This document shows positions 52,627 to 64,000 of a stretch of DNA of 64,000 nucleotides, one piece after another (positions within the stretch are counted from its first letter, which is position 1; every line of letters begins with the position of its first letter). The position numbers and the translations under genes are program-made. Below the pieces are notes generated by a model. That model saw only the letters and a list, made by a program, of their open reading frames with translations. It had not been told where the DNA came from and ran no database searches. The DNA is from an uncultured Candidatus Rokubacteria bacterium (lineage in GTDB: Bacteria > Methylomirabilota > Methylomirabilia > Rokubacteriales > CSP1-6), in the NCBI GenBank assembly GCA_963841755.1, contig CAWJDX010000005.1, positions 6,830-70,829 of the forward strand, in the 5' to 3' direction.

Positions 52627-54468
52627 CTACAAGATCCGCTCGTAGCGGCCCAGGTCGTGGGCCGCGTCCATGAACCACTTCACGATCTCGGGATTCGACC
52701 GCGGCGGGATCTCGCACGAGGTGGACAGGATGAAGCCCGACTGCCGCGCCGCGGTGTCGATGCAGCGGCCCACCTCCCCCTCGATCTGCTGACGGGTCGC
52801 CTTCTCGAACATCGTCGCGTCGACGTTGCCGATGGCCACCGCGCGGCCCTTGGCCACCTGCACGAACCGCTCGAGCTGGTCCACGTGCAGGGTCGGATCC
52901 GACTGCTGGTCGAGATCGAACGAGATGGTGGTGAAGCCACAGCCGATCAGGTCCTCGAAGATCGGGTAGGTGACGCCGCAGATGTGGGCGGTGACGCCGA
53001 CCTTCTTGGCCTTGAAGTGGTCCACCAGCTCCTTGTGGTAGGGCGCGATGAACTCCCGGTAGTTGTCCGGAGAGACCAGGCTGATCGACGCGGTGGGCTC
53101 GGAGAACGAGAGCCCGATCTTGGTCTTCGCGATCGCGTCGCCCCAGAGCTTGCAGAAGTCGGTGGTGAGCCGCATGAGGTCGTGGATGAACTGGGGATCC
53201 TCGAAGGTGTCGAGCAGCATCATCTCCGGGTTGCGCAGCAGCATCGCGATCGTCCACGGCCCCACCGCCACCGCGCCGGTGGCCGCGGGCGGTGCCGCCT
53301 TCACGAGGGCCTCGCACTGCTCGAGGAAGCCGGGCAGCCGCGCGGTCTTGTACGGATCGGGCATCGAGAGCTTGGCCAGATCCGCCTTGTCCTCGAGGAG
53401 GTGGGTCTCGATGGAGGGCACCACGTAGTCCGAGTACTTCACCCCGCAGCCGAAGGCTTCCGCTTCCTTGGCCAGATCGTTGTAGGCGAGGACCACGTCC
53501 GGCTGGTAGCGCTCGTAGTAGTTCATCATCGCGCTGATGGCCCGGGTCGGGTTCGTGCAGTACTCCTCGATGCTGAGCCCGTCGAGCGTTCCCGCGAAGG
53601 AGGCCACGATCGGGTAGACCGGCACCCGGTCCGAGAACGAGCGCTTGTAGGCCGCCACCACCCGGTCCCGGTTGGTCAGGGCGGTCTTGCCCTTCTCCGC
53701 GTCCCAGAGCTTGTTCACCTCCATGTAGCGCGGGGGCAGCTTGGCCTCGTACTCCATGAACTGGGTGATCGGGTAGCGGATGCCCCCGTTGTGGGTGCCG
53801 CGCAGGCCCTCCACCATCTCCTCCATCCGGCTCCACGGAATGGAGAACGCCATTTCATGATCCTGGGTCTGGCCGAAGATGCGATCGCCCGAGCACGGGA
53901 GGATGACCTGCGGCTCGCCGGTCTTCATGGTGGTCACGATGATGTCCGCGCACACCGCCCGGCCCTCGAACGAGGAGGTGAGCCGGCCGCCGCGCTTCCA
54001 GAGCGCGGCCTGGGTCAGGCGCATCACCTGGGCGGGGTTGGCGTAGACGCACACCACGTGCGGCTCGAAGGTGGCGCGGTCGAGGGGAGCCACCAGGAGG
54101 CAGTGGTACTCGCCGGGGGCGAACTTGTCGATGGCGGCCTCGGAGCGCTGGCCCGCCTCCTTGGTCTCGGTGTACATGCCCTCGCACAGGGTGCCCACGT
54201 TGTAGATGGGCAGCGGCTTGTCGAAGCCGATCGCGGTGATGCCGAGCGAGCAGATGTGGTCCTCGCGGGTGAGGGCGATGGTCCAGCCGTAGCGGCGGGA
54301 CATGTCGATGACCTGGCAGCTCATGGAGAGCTTCTTGAAATCGCGCGCGGGCCGGCGGGCACGCTCGGGAATCGGCTCGTCGGCCCGGAGCATGCGGATG
54401 GCGACCGGGAAGGTCTGCGGCCTCAGGTAGGTCTGCAGCTCGCGGTCCGCCGTCTTCACGTCGATCAT
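52627..54468 (-). CDS. fusion protein: N-terminal DUF169-like domain plus C-terminal uroporphyrinogen-decarboxylase-fold (MtaA/CmuA-type) methyltransferase-like domain
   Basis: 613-aa intact ORF with a GAGGAGA RBS. The first 250 aa or so resemble DUF169 (...LSMSCQVI...CSLG...VILPCSGDR...). The remainder resembles URO-D-family methylcobamide methyltransferases (...GPWTIAMLL...AHICG...ILSTSCEIP). Confidence 0.65.
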   Translation of the reverse strand: MIDVKTADRELQTYLRPQTFPVAIRMLRADEPIPERARRPARDFKKLSMSCQVIDMSRRYGWTIALTREDHICSLGITAIGFDKPLPIYNVGTLCEGMYTETKEAGQRSEAAIDKFAPGEYHCLLVAPLDRATFEPHVVCVYANPAQVMRLTQAALWKRGGRLTSSFEGRAVCADIIVTTMKTGEPQVILPCSGDRIFGQTQDHEMAFSIPWSRMEEMVEGLRGTHNGGIRYPITQFMEYEAKLPPRYMEVNKLWDAEKGKTALTNRDRVVAAYKRSFSDRVPVYPIVASFAGTLDGLSIEEYCTNPTRAISAMMNYYERYQPDVVLAYNDLAKEAEAFGCGVKYSDYVVPSIETHLLEDKADLAKLSMPDPYKTARLPGFLEQCEALVKAAPPAATGAVAVGPWTIAMLLRNPEMMLLDTFEDPQFIHDLMRLTTDFCKLWGDAIAKTKIGLSFSEPTASISLVSPDNYREFIAPYHKELVDHFKAKKVGVTAHICGVTYPIFEDLIGCGFTTISFDLDQQSDPTLHVDQLERFVQVAKGRAVAIGNVDATMFEKATRQQIEGEVGRCIDTAARQSGFILSTSCEIPPRSNPEIVKWFMDAAHDLGRYERIL

Positions 54469-54554
54469 GAATGGTCTCCTCAGTGACGGAGGCTACGGGG
54501 GGCCTTCGGGGTTGTCAAGGGAGCGGGCCGCCTTCCGCTACAATGTGCAGTGCC

Positions 54555-54845
54555 ATGGCGCGCGTGCGGATCATCCAGTGGCGTGACCTGCCGTCCCTCG
54601 TCGAGGCCGAGGAGGGCGGGGAGACGGCGCGCGTGCCGCTGTCCCAGCGGTTCCAGGATCTCATCGACGCGGTGGCGATGCGGGAAGGCGCCACCGAGAG
54701 CGAGGCCTACCTCGCGGGATGGGCCCCGGGCCCCGAGAGCGAGCGGCCGGGCGGGGCGCAGGCGGTGGCCGAGGCGGTCGCGGACGAGCTCGAGGCCGGG
54801 TTCCAGGATCTGGTGGCGCGGCGCTTCCTGGGCCCGCCGCGCTAG
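54555..54845 (+). CDS. small hypothetical protein (96 aa), divergent from the DUF169-UroD gene
   Basis: MARVRIIQWRDLPSLVEAEEGGETARVPLSQRFQDLIDAVAMREG.... A TACAAT box lies 11 nt upstream of the ATG. I vaguely recall this N-terminal pattern from a family labelled virulence-factor-like but cannot verify it. Confidence 0.5.
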   Translation: MARVRIIQWRDLPSLVEAEEGGETARVPLSQRFQDLIDAVAMREGATESEAYLAGWAPGPESERPGGAQAVAEAVADELEAGFQDLVARRFLGPPR

Positions 54846-54903
54846 GCGGGGGGCCTCGGAGGTCGCCGCGCCGCGGGCTCCGGCGCTATAATCCGCGCAG
54901 CCA

Positions 54904-55107
54904 ATGAAGGCCGCGGAGCTGGTGGTTGCCTGCTTCCTGCTGTTCGGGACCTGCCTCGTCTGGCCCCTGCTCGCCATCGCCAACCGGCCGGTGCTCGTGG
55001 CCGGGGTGCCCGCCCTGGTGCTCTACCTGTTCGTGGTGTGGACCGGGATGGTGGTGGTCCTGATCGCCCTGGCCCGACGGCTCCGTCCGCCCGAGGATGA
55101 GACGTGA
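54904..55107 (+). CDS. small 2-TM membrane protein (DUF3311/YjcH-like accessory of solute:sodium symporters)
   Basis: 67-aa ORF with two hydrophobic helices. Its stop overlaps the GTG start of the symporter-domain kinase (GTGA). Confidence 0.6.
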   Translation: MKAAELVVACFLLFGTCLVWPLLAIANRPVLVAGVPALVLYLFVVWTGMVVVLIALARRLRPPEDET

Positions 55108-58100
55108 GCGGCCTGTCGCCGACCGCGCTGCTCAGCATCGTCCTCGGCTACCTGGCCTTCCTCTTCCTGGTCGCCTCGGTCGCGGAGGCCCTCGCGCCGC
55201 GGCTCGGCCGCCCCCGGCTGCGAACCCTGACCTACGTGCTCGCCGCCTCCGTCTACTGCACCGCGTGGACGTTCTACGGCAGCGTGGGACTCGCCGCGAA
55301 TCGCGGGCTCGAGTTCCTCACCATCTACCTGGGCCCCGCCTGCGTGGCCCTGCTCTGGCCGCTCCTGCTCCGCAAGCTGGTCCGGGTCTCCAAGGAGCAG
55401 CGCATCACCTCGATCTCCGACTTCATCTCGAGCCGCTACGGCAAGTCGGCCGCGCTCGGCACCCTGGTGGCGGCGCTGGTGGTCTGCGGGATGATCCCCT
55501 ACATCGCGCTGCAGCTGAAGGCGGTCTCGGCCTCGTTCAAGATGATCCTGCGCGAGGAGGCGGTGCTCGAGGTCTTCGACCCCACGCTGGTGGTGGCGGT
55601 GACCCTCGCCCTCTTCGGCATCCTGTTCGGGGCGCGGAACCTCGACTTCACCAAGCGCCAGACCGGGCTCATGACCGCGGTGGCGGTGGAGTCGGTGGTG
55701 AAGCTGGTCGCGTTCCTGCTGGTCGGCGTCTACGTGACCTGGGGGCTCTTCGGCGGCTTCGCGGACCTGTTCGGGCAGGTGGCCCGGCATCCGGAGTGGT
55801 CCAAGCTCCTGACCCTCGACCAGGCGACCACCGCGTCCTACCCGCGCTGGACCGCGATGCTCCTGATCTCGATGCTGGCGGTGATGTTCCTGCCGCGGCA
55901 GTTCCACGTTCTCGTGGTCCAGAACCCGCGCGAGCGCGACGTGAACGCGGTCTCCTGGTCGTTCCCGCTCTACCTGCTGCTGATCAACGTGTTCGTGCTC
56001 CCCATCGCGTTCGCGGGCCTCATCGTGTTCCCGGACGCGTCGGCTCAGGCCGACGGCTTCATCCTGCGCCTGCCCCTCTTCTTCGACAACCAGCTCATCT
56101 CGGTGCTGGTGTTCCTGGGCGGCTTCTCGGCCGCCACCGCCATGATCGTGGTGGACTCCCTCGCCCTGTCGAAGATGATCACCAACGACATCATCCTGCC
56201 CATGCTGCTGCGCCAGCGGCGGATGGAGGACATCTACTGGATCACCCTCTTCTACACGCGCCTGGCCATGCTCGCGGTGGTGGGCCTGGGCTTCCTCTGG
56301 GCGCGGATGGAGCACGGCCAGCTGCTGCTGGTCGAGATGGGGCTGCTGTCGTTCATCGCGGTGGCCCAGTGCGGTCCCGCCATCCTGCTCGGCCTCTACT
56401 GGCGGCGTGGCAACCGCCGGGGCGCCTTCGCGGGCATCTCGGCCGGCTTCTTCGTGTGGTTCTACACCCTGATCATCCCCGCGCTCGGTCAGGAGGGCGT
56501 GTTCGGCCCGTCCTTCCTGGCCGACGGTCCGCTCGGCTTCGGCATCCTGCGGCCCACCGCGTTCCTCGGCCTGGAAGGCCTCGACACCATCAGCCACGGG
56601 GTCTTCTGGTCGCTCTTCTTCAACGTGGGGCTCTTCGTGATGGTGTCGCTGCTCACCGAGCAGGACGCGGACGACCGGGCCCAGGCCGCCGCCTTCGTGG
56701 GGGTGGCCGGCGAGGACAAGCCGGCCCCGGGCTCGCCCGCGATCCTCTCCGCGCCCGAGATCGAGCGGCTGGTGCACCACTACGTGGGCGACGAGGACGC
56801 GGAGGCGATCGTGCGCGAGCTGTTCGGGAGCAAGGCGCCCGCCGACCTGTCGGTGCCGGAGCTCCTGGAGATGCGCATCCGCTTCGAGCGGCTGCTCGCC
56901 GCCTCGCTGGGCGCGGCCGCCGCCCGCATGATCGTCGAGGACCACTTCACGATCTCGAAGGAGGAGGCCCAGCAGCTCGTCACCTCCTTCCAGCGGATGC
57001 AGGAGTCCCTCCGGGTCACCGAGGAGGAGGTCAAGCGCGGGGAGCGCCTGCTCGCCTCGGTGGTGGAGAGCGTCGACGACTGCATCTTCACCGCGGACAC
57101 CACCGGGCGGCTCGTCACCATGAACCCGGCCGGGCGGCGGCTGCTCGGCTACGAGGCGTGGGAGGTGAGCCGGCTGCGCTATCCGGACCTCCTGGCCGGC
57201 GAGGAGCGCGGGGGCGCCGCGCCCATCGTGGGCGCGCTCGAGGCGGGCCGGGGCTGGGGCGGGCAGGTGATGGGCCGCACCGCGCAGGGTCGCGCGTTCC
57301 CGGCCCACGTGGCGATGACGTCGCTGTTCGACGACCGCGGGCACCGGATGGGGACGGTCGGCGTGCTGCGCGACCTGACCGAGCAGGTGGAGACGCAGCG
57401 GCGGCTCATCCACCGCGAGAAGCTGGCCTCGCTCGGGGAGATGGCGGCGGGGGTGGCCCACGAGATCCGCAATCCGCTCGGCGGCATCAAGATGGCCACC
57501 AACCTCCTCTCCTCGCCGGAGGTGGACGGCAGCCCGCTGTCCCAGGAGATGACCCGCTCCATCCTCTCCGGCATCGTGGAGATCGAGACCATCATCAACA
57601 GCCTGCTCGACTGGACGCGCGACGCGCGACTCGAGCGCGGCGACTACGACCTGCACCGCATCCTCGACCCGGTGGTGGAGGCGGTCGCCGCCGAGGGGCG
57701 CGGCCGCGGCGTGCTGGTGGGCTACGGGCGCCTCGAGCGCGAGGTCACCGCGGCGGTGGACGGTCAGAAGCTCCGCCAGGTCTTCACCAACGTGATGAAG
57801 AACGCGCTGGAGGCGATCGAGCCGCGCCGGCAGACCGGGCGGGTGACCGTCGACCTCTTCGTCGAGGGCGAGCGGGCGGTGGTGGAGGTCGCCGACGACG
57901 GGGTGGGCATCTCCCCCGAGGACCGCGACCGGATCTTCCTGCCCTTCTTCACCACCAAGCCGTCGGGCACCGGCCTCGGCATGTCGATCGTCAAGAAGAT
58001 CGTGGACCTCCACGGGGGAGACATCGCGATCGAGAGCGCACCGGGCCGCGGCACGCGCGTCCGCATCTCACTGCCGGCGGTGCCCGCGCCCCAGCCGCTG

Positions 58101-58118
58101 GCCGGAGGCACATCATGA
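55104..58118 (+). CDS. hybrid sensor: N-terminal solute:sodium symporter (SSS/SLC5)-like domain plus PAS plus histidine kinase (CbrA/CrbS-like architecture)
   Basis: 1004-aa intact ORF. It has about 13 TM helices in the first 520 aa or so, then PAS, the H-box VAHEIRNPLGGI, the N-box VMKNALEA, and GTGLGMSIVKKIV. Confidence 0.85.
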   Translation: MSGLSPTALLSIVLGYLAFLFLVASVAEALAPRLGRPRLRTLTYVLAASVYCTAWTFYGSVGLAANRGLEFLTIYLGPACVALLWPLLLRKLVRVSKEQRITSISDFISSRYGKSAALGTLVAALVVCGMIPYIALQLKAVSASFKMILREEAVLEVFDPTLVVAVTLALFGILFGARNLDFTKRQTGLMTAVAVESVVKLVAFLLVGVYVTWGLFGGFADLFGQVARHPEWSKLLTLDQATTASYPRWTAMLLISMLAVMFLPRQFHVLVVQNPRERDVNAVSWSFPLYLLLINVFVLPIAFAGLIVFPDASAQADGFILRLPLFFDNQLISVLVFLGGFSAATAMIVVDSLALSKMITNDIILPMLLRQRRMEDIYWITLFYTRLAMLAVVGLGFLWARMEHGQLLLVEMGLLSFIAVAQCGPAILLGLYWRRGNRRGAFAGISAGFFVWFYTLIIPALGQEGVFGPSFLADGPLGFGILRPTAFLGLEGLDTISHGVFWSLFFNVGLFVMVSLLTEQDADDRAQAAAFVGVAGEDKPAPGSPAILSAPEIERLVHHYVGDEDAEAIVRELFGSKAPADLSVPELLEMRIRFERLLAASLGAAAARMIVEDHFTISKEEAQQLVTSFQRMQESLRVTEEEVKRGERLLASVVESVDDCIFTADTTGRLVTMNPAGRRLLGYEAWEVSRLRYPDLLAGEERGGAAPIVGALEAGRGWGGQVMGRTAQGRAFPAHVAMTSLFDDRGHRMGTVGVLRDLTEQVETQRRLIHREKLASLGEMAAGVAHEIRNPLGGIKMATNLLSSPEVDGSPLSQEMTRSILSGIVEIETIINSLLDWTRDARLERGDYDLHRILDPVVEAVAAEGRGRGVLVGYGRLEREVTAAVDGQKLRQVFTNVMKNALEAIEPRRQTGRVTVDLFVEGERAVVEVADDGVGISPEDRDRIFLPFFTTKPSGTGLGMSIVKKIVDLHGGDIAIESAPGRGTRVRISLPAVPAPQPLAGGTS

Positions 58119-59503
58119 AGCGACGGCTCCTGCTGGTCGAGGACGACGAGGTCTTCCTGCGTCCGCTGCTCCGCACCCTCGAGCTGAAGGGCTACGAGGT
58201 GCTGCCGGTCCAGAGCGGGGAGGAGGCGCTCGAGGCGGTCAAGGCGGAGGACGTGGACCTCGTGCTCACCGATCGCCGCCTGCCCGGCATGGACGGGGTC
58301 GAGCTGGTCCGGCAGATCAAGACCGAGCACCCCGATCTGGCGGTGGTGGTCATGACCGCCTACGGGACGATCGAATCCGCGGTGGAGGCGATGCGCCTCG
58401 GCGCGGAGGACTACCTGGTGAAGCCGTTCGAGGCCGCCGAGCTGCTCCTGGTCATCCGGCGCGCGATCGAGTTCCAGGAGCTGAAGTCGGCGAACCGGCG
58501 GACGATCCGGCGCAACCAGGAGCGGTTCACGTTCGGCAACATCGTGGCCGCCAGCGCCGGGATGCAGGCGGTGTTCGACCTGCTCCGCTCGGTGGTGGAC
58601 CTGGACACGACGGTGCTCATCTACGGGGAGACCGGCACCGGCAAGGAGCTGCTGGCCCGCTCGATCCACTTCTCGGGGGCCCGGCGCGAGCGGCCCTTCG
58701 TCGCGGTCAACTGCGCGGCCATCCCGCAGGAGCTCTTCGAGTCCGAGCTGTTCGGCTCGCGGCGCGGGGCCTTCACCGGGGCCACCGAGCACCGGCGGGG
58801 GCACTTCCAGATGGCCAACAGCGGCACCCTCCTGCTCGACGAGATCGGGGAGATGCCGCTCCACCTGCAGAGCAAGCTCCTGCGGGCCATCGAGGAGAGG
58901 AAGGTCACCTCGGTGGGCGCGGACCGGCCGGTCGACATCGACGTGCGCTTCATCGCCACCACCAACAAGGACCTCCAGGCCGAGGTCGAGCGCGGCACCT
59001 TCCGTCGCGACCTCTTCTACCGGCTCTCGGTGATGCCGGTCCGCGTGCCCGCCCTGCGCGAGCGGCCGGAGGACATCCCGCTGCTGGCCCGGCACTTCGT
59101 GGAGCAGGCCGGCCGCCGCCTGAAGAAGGCGGTGCGCGGGATCTCGCCGGAGAGCCTGGGCGCCCTGACGCGCTATCCGTGGCCGGGCAACGTGCGGGAG
59201 CTCGAGAACGTCATCGAGCGCGCGGCCATCGTGGCCGCGGGCGACACCCTCGCGGACGTGGAGCGGTTCCTGGCCCCCACCGGGGCCCACGCGCCGGTGG
59301 ACCTCTCGCTGCCCTTCCGGGACGCCAAGGCCCGGGTGGTGGAGGACTTCGAGCGGGCCTACATCGAGGGGCTGCTCAAGAGCCACGGCGGCAAGCTCAC
59401 CATCGCGGCCAAGCACGCCGACATGGACCCCAAGAACTTCTCGGACAAGATGCAGCGCTACGGCCTGCGCCGCGCCACGACGCCGGAGCCCCCGCCCGCC
59501 TAG
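58115..59503 (+). CDS. sigma-54-dependent response regulator (NtrC family)
   Basis: ATGA overlap with the kinase gene. It has a receiver (LVLTDRRLPG), GETGTGKE, GAFTGA, WPGNVRELEN and a C-terminal HTH. Confidence 0.9.
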   Translation: MKRRLLLVEDDEVFLRPLLRTLELKGYEVLPVQSGEEALEAVKAEDVDLVLTDRRLPGMDGVELVRQIKTEHPDLAVVVMTAYGTIESAVEAMRLGAEDYLVKPFEAAELLLVIRRAIEFQELKSANRRTIRRNQERFTFGNIVAASAGMQAVFDLLRSVVDLDTTVLIYGETGTGKELLARSIHFSGARRERPFVAVNCAAIPQELFESELFGSRRGAFTGATEHRRGHFQMANSGTLLLDEIGEMPLHLQSKLLRAIEERKVTSVGADRPVDIDVRFIATTNKDLQAEVERGTFRRDLFYRLSVMPVRVPALRERPEDIPLLARHFVEQAGRRLKKAVRGISPESLGALTRYPWPGNVRELENVIERAAIVAAGDTLADVERFLAPTGAHAPVDLSLPFRDAKARVVEDFERAYIEGLLKSHGGKLTIAAKHADMDPKNFSDKMQRYGLRRATTPEPPPA

Positions 59504-60736
59504 AAGAACAGCAGGGTGACCGCGACGAAGAGCGGGATCAGCACCGCGCCGCTGTAGACCGTGTAGCCGAGGAAGCTCGGCATGCGCACCCCCGCCGCCT
59601 CCGCGATGGCCTTCACCATGAAGTTGGGCGCGTTGCCGATGTAGGTGTTGGCGCCCATCGCGACCGCGCCCACGCTGATCGCGGCCAGGATCGCGTGAGG
59701 CACGCCGACCACCTCCCCGGGCAGGCCGAGTCCCTGGCCCAGGGCGAGGAACGCGACGTAGGTGGGCGCGTTGTCGAGGAACGACGAGAGCCCGCCGACC
59801 GCCCAGAAGAACTGCCACGGCTCGCGGACCCCCAGCTCGCCGCCGCGCACGTGGAGCAGCTCGAGCGCGGGGATCATGGTCAGGAAGATGCCGAGGAAGA
59901 GCACCGCCACTTCCACCATCGGCTGCGCGGTGAACTGGTTGGCCCGGCGGAGCGGCCGGGGCGTGCGCCAGAGCGAGATCCCGGCCAGCCCCAGGATGGC
60001 GAGCTCGCGCAGGGGCGCGTGCAGCACGGCCACCGCGGCGACCACGCCGACCAGCCAGAGGCCGTTGAGGCCGCCGTCGATGCGCAGGGGCTCGATCCGG
60101 GTGTGATCGCGCCGGAGCGCGGCGCGGGACTCGCGGCGGTGCTGGATCGTGTCCCAGACGAAGTAGACGACGAGGAGGACCAGGGTCATGGTCAGCCAGG
60201 GCCGCCACAGGCGCAGGGTCCAGGCGAACGGCACCCCGGCCAGATAGCCGAGGAAGAGCGGCGGGTCGCCGAGCGGGGTGAGCATGCCGCCGATGTTGGA
60301 GACCAGGAAGATGAAGAAGACCACGGTGTGGGTCACGCGCTCGCGCTCCTGGTTCGTCTGCAGGAGGGCGCGGATGATCAGCATGGAGGCCCCGGTGGTG
60401 CCGATGAGGGAGGCGAGGGCGGCGCCCGCGGCCAGGAAGGCGCTGTTGACCAGCGGGGTGGCCTCGAGGTCGCCCCGCAGCACGGATCCCGCCCGCGATC
60501 ACGTAGAGGCCGGCCAGCAGGACGATGAACGACGCGTAGTCGCCCGCGGTGTGCGCGAGCACGCGGGGCGCCCGCGCCAGGTAGAGGAGCAGCACCGGCA
60601 GGCCGAGGCCGGCCGACACGAGCAGCTTGTTCCGGTTCGACTCCCACCAGTGCGGGAGCGCGAGAGGCAGGAGCGCGATGGCGAGGAGCATCGCCACGAA
60701 GGGCAGCACGGAATAGAGCGGGAGCGGAGTCGGCAC
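59500..60736 (-). pseudogene. ion-transporter superfamily permease (NhaD/ArsB/citrate-transporter-like), frameshifted as sequenced (near 60484)
   Basis: The GTG 60736 N-terminus MPTPLPLYSVLPFVAMLLAIALLPL...GLYVIAGGI continues one base out of frame as VLRGDLEATPLVNSAFL... (ORF 59500..60483). Confidence 0.7.
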
Positions 60737-60747
60737 GGCGCGAGCTT
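60731..60747 (+). promoter_or_regulatory. sigma-54 promoter candidate upstream of acs (cGGCACG-N4-gaGCTt)
   Basis: The GG-N10-GC spacing is exact and the -24 half GGCACG is good. It lies 85 nt upstream of the acs ATG. In 70% GC DNA, chance matches are not rare. Confidence 0.3.
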
Positions 60748-60831
60748 ACTCTCTTGAAGTTCACCGACGGATGGTTTAGAAGTGAGGCGGCGCGCCGAGG
60801 CGCCGATCTCACCCCACGACGAGGTTCCCCA

Positions 60832-62782
<1,951 letters not shown>

Positions 62783-62909
62783 GAGTAGCCGCGACCTTGG
62801 CTTGGCGTAGGGTGTTGCTGCCAAGAACCTTGGCTTTAATACCAGATATCGCCCCGTCAATGCCGCGACGATATGTCGTGGAATCATCGAGTTACGTGCC
62901 AATTCCCCT

Positions 62910-62925
62910 TGGCACCGTTCGTGCT
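62910..62925 (+). promoter_or_regulatory. sigma-54 promoter candidate (TGGCAC-cgttc-gTGCT)
   Basis: This is the best -24/-12 match in the window, with exact GG-N10-GC spacing. It lies in the 317-bp lower-GC intergenic region upstream of the MHS transporter gene. Confidence 0.5.
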
Positions 62926-63099
62926 GTCCCACCTGCCGGAATGCACTATCGACGGGCATCTTTTGTTGAGGCCGCCTATCACCAGGCGTGACGGGAATCG
63001 TAGGCGAGGTCAGCGACAGGCTCCGGTCCGCTCGGGGCGGAGTTGTACGTGCGAGTACCGCAGGTCGAGATAGACCAACCTCAGCAAAGGGGGAACAAC

Positions 63100-64000
63100 A
63101 TGGCCGGCAAAGAATCAGGTTCCGAAGGACTTCCGCCGCGTGGTGGTGGCCGCCGCGGTGGGGAACATTATCGAATGGTACGATTTCTACATCTTCGGGA
63201 GCTTGGCCGCGATCTTGTCGGTGAAGTTCTTCGACAAGACCCACCCGGTGGCAGCGCTCCTGAGCACGATAGCCCTGTTCACCGCCGGCTTCCTGATTCG
63301 CCCCTTGGGCGCCTTCTTGTTCGGATGGCTGGGTGACAAGGTGGGCCGCAAATACACCTTCATCGTGACGCTGACCGGGATGGGCCTGGCGACCGCCGCC
63401 ATCGGTCTGATCCCGACCTTCGCGTCCATCGGCCTCGCCGCGGCCTTCATCCTGTTCGGCTTGAGAATCGATCCAGGGGCTGTGCTTGGGCGGGGAATAC
63501 GGTGGCGCGATCACCTATGTGGCCGAGCACGTTTCGGACGAGCGTCGGGGGTACTACACCGGCTGGCTGCAGACGTCACCGACGCTGGGCATCGTGGTGT
63601 CCCTCGCGGTGATCGTTGGCACCCGGACCTATCTGGGGAATGACGCCTTCAACGAATGGGGCTGGCGGATTCCGTTCCTCATCTCGTTCCTGCTGGTGAT
63701 GATGGCCATCTACATCCGGTTGCAGCTGGGCGAGACGCCGATCTTCCAGCAGATGAAGGCCAAGGGCGGGATGGTGACGAACCCGTGGAGAGAGGCATTC
63801 CTGAGCGCCAACATCAAGTACATCCTGGTCGCCATCGTGGTGTTGATCGGGCAGGGCGTCGTCTGGTACAGCGGCCAGTTCTGGGCCCTCTACTTCCTCC
63901 AGACGGTGAAGAAGCTCGACGTGCTCACCTCCAGTTACCTGGTCGGCGCGGGGTTGCTGCTCGCCACGCCGACGCTGATTCTCTTCGGGTGGCTCTCCGA
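63100..64000 (+). pseudogene. MFS transporter, metabolite:H+ symporter (MHS) family; 3' end outside the window; two frameshifts as sequenced (near 63127 and 63470)
   Basis: MAGKESGSE|DFRRVVVAAAVGNIIEWYDFYIFGSLAA...GDKVGRKYTF...FGLRI|IQGLCLGGEYGGAITYVAEHVSDERRGYYTGWLQTS.... A GGGGGA RBS lies upstream of ATG 63100. Confidence 0.8.

Noticed and set aside
54512-54544. TTGTCA ... TACAAT sigma-70-like promoter in the DUF169-UroD / small-ORF divergent region.
   Set aside because: The two hexamers are separated by 21 nt, not 16-18. The TACAAT box alone is noted in the feature evidence, but a full -35/-10 promoter cannot be claimed.
62873-63073. 66-aa ORF in the acs / MHS transporter intergenic region.
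   Set aside because: It lacks the GC3 bias of real genes here, has no RBS, and has a Cys/Arg-rich nonsense-like composition. The region is better explained as a promoter and leader.

Overview
This is a roughly 70% GC bacterial chromosomal window that is densely coding, with about 60 genes, many joined by 4-nt ATGA/GTGA overlaps. I found no rRNA, tRNA, CRISPR array, transposase, integrase or phage gene. The content is metabolic and regulatory. It includes a hydantoinase/carbamoylase/amidase/peptide-ABC nitrogen-scavenging block and an aminopeptidase N. It also includes a translationally coupled LysR / persulfide-dioxygenase-rhodanese / corrinoid-protein / Hcy-methyltransferase / MetH-activation-domain / aroK / HcyMT-MTHFR operon, and a DUF169-UroD fusion. 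There are three sensor kinase + sigma-54 (NtrC-type) regulator pairs, one with a solute-symporter sensor domain next to acs. Other genes are a membrane/2Fe-2S adenylate cyclase, rpsU, and several transporters. Two points stand out. (1) A thioredoxin-fold gene has an in-frame TGA at its redox-motif position, followed by a SECIS-like hairpin, making it a candidate selenoprotein. (2) At least 30 genes or gene segments are broken by frameshifts, and every one I could reconstruct behaves as a single extra base (+1). This points to a one-directional assembly or sequencing error rather than true decay. All functional calls come from reading the translated ORFs for motifs; no database search was possible. 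Frameshift coordinates are approximate, within a few nt.
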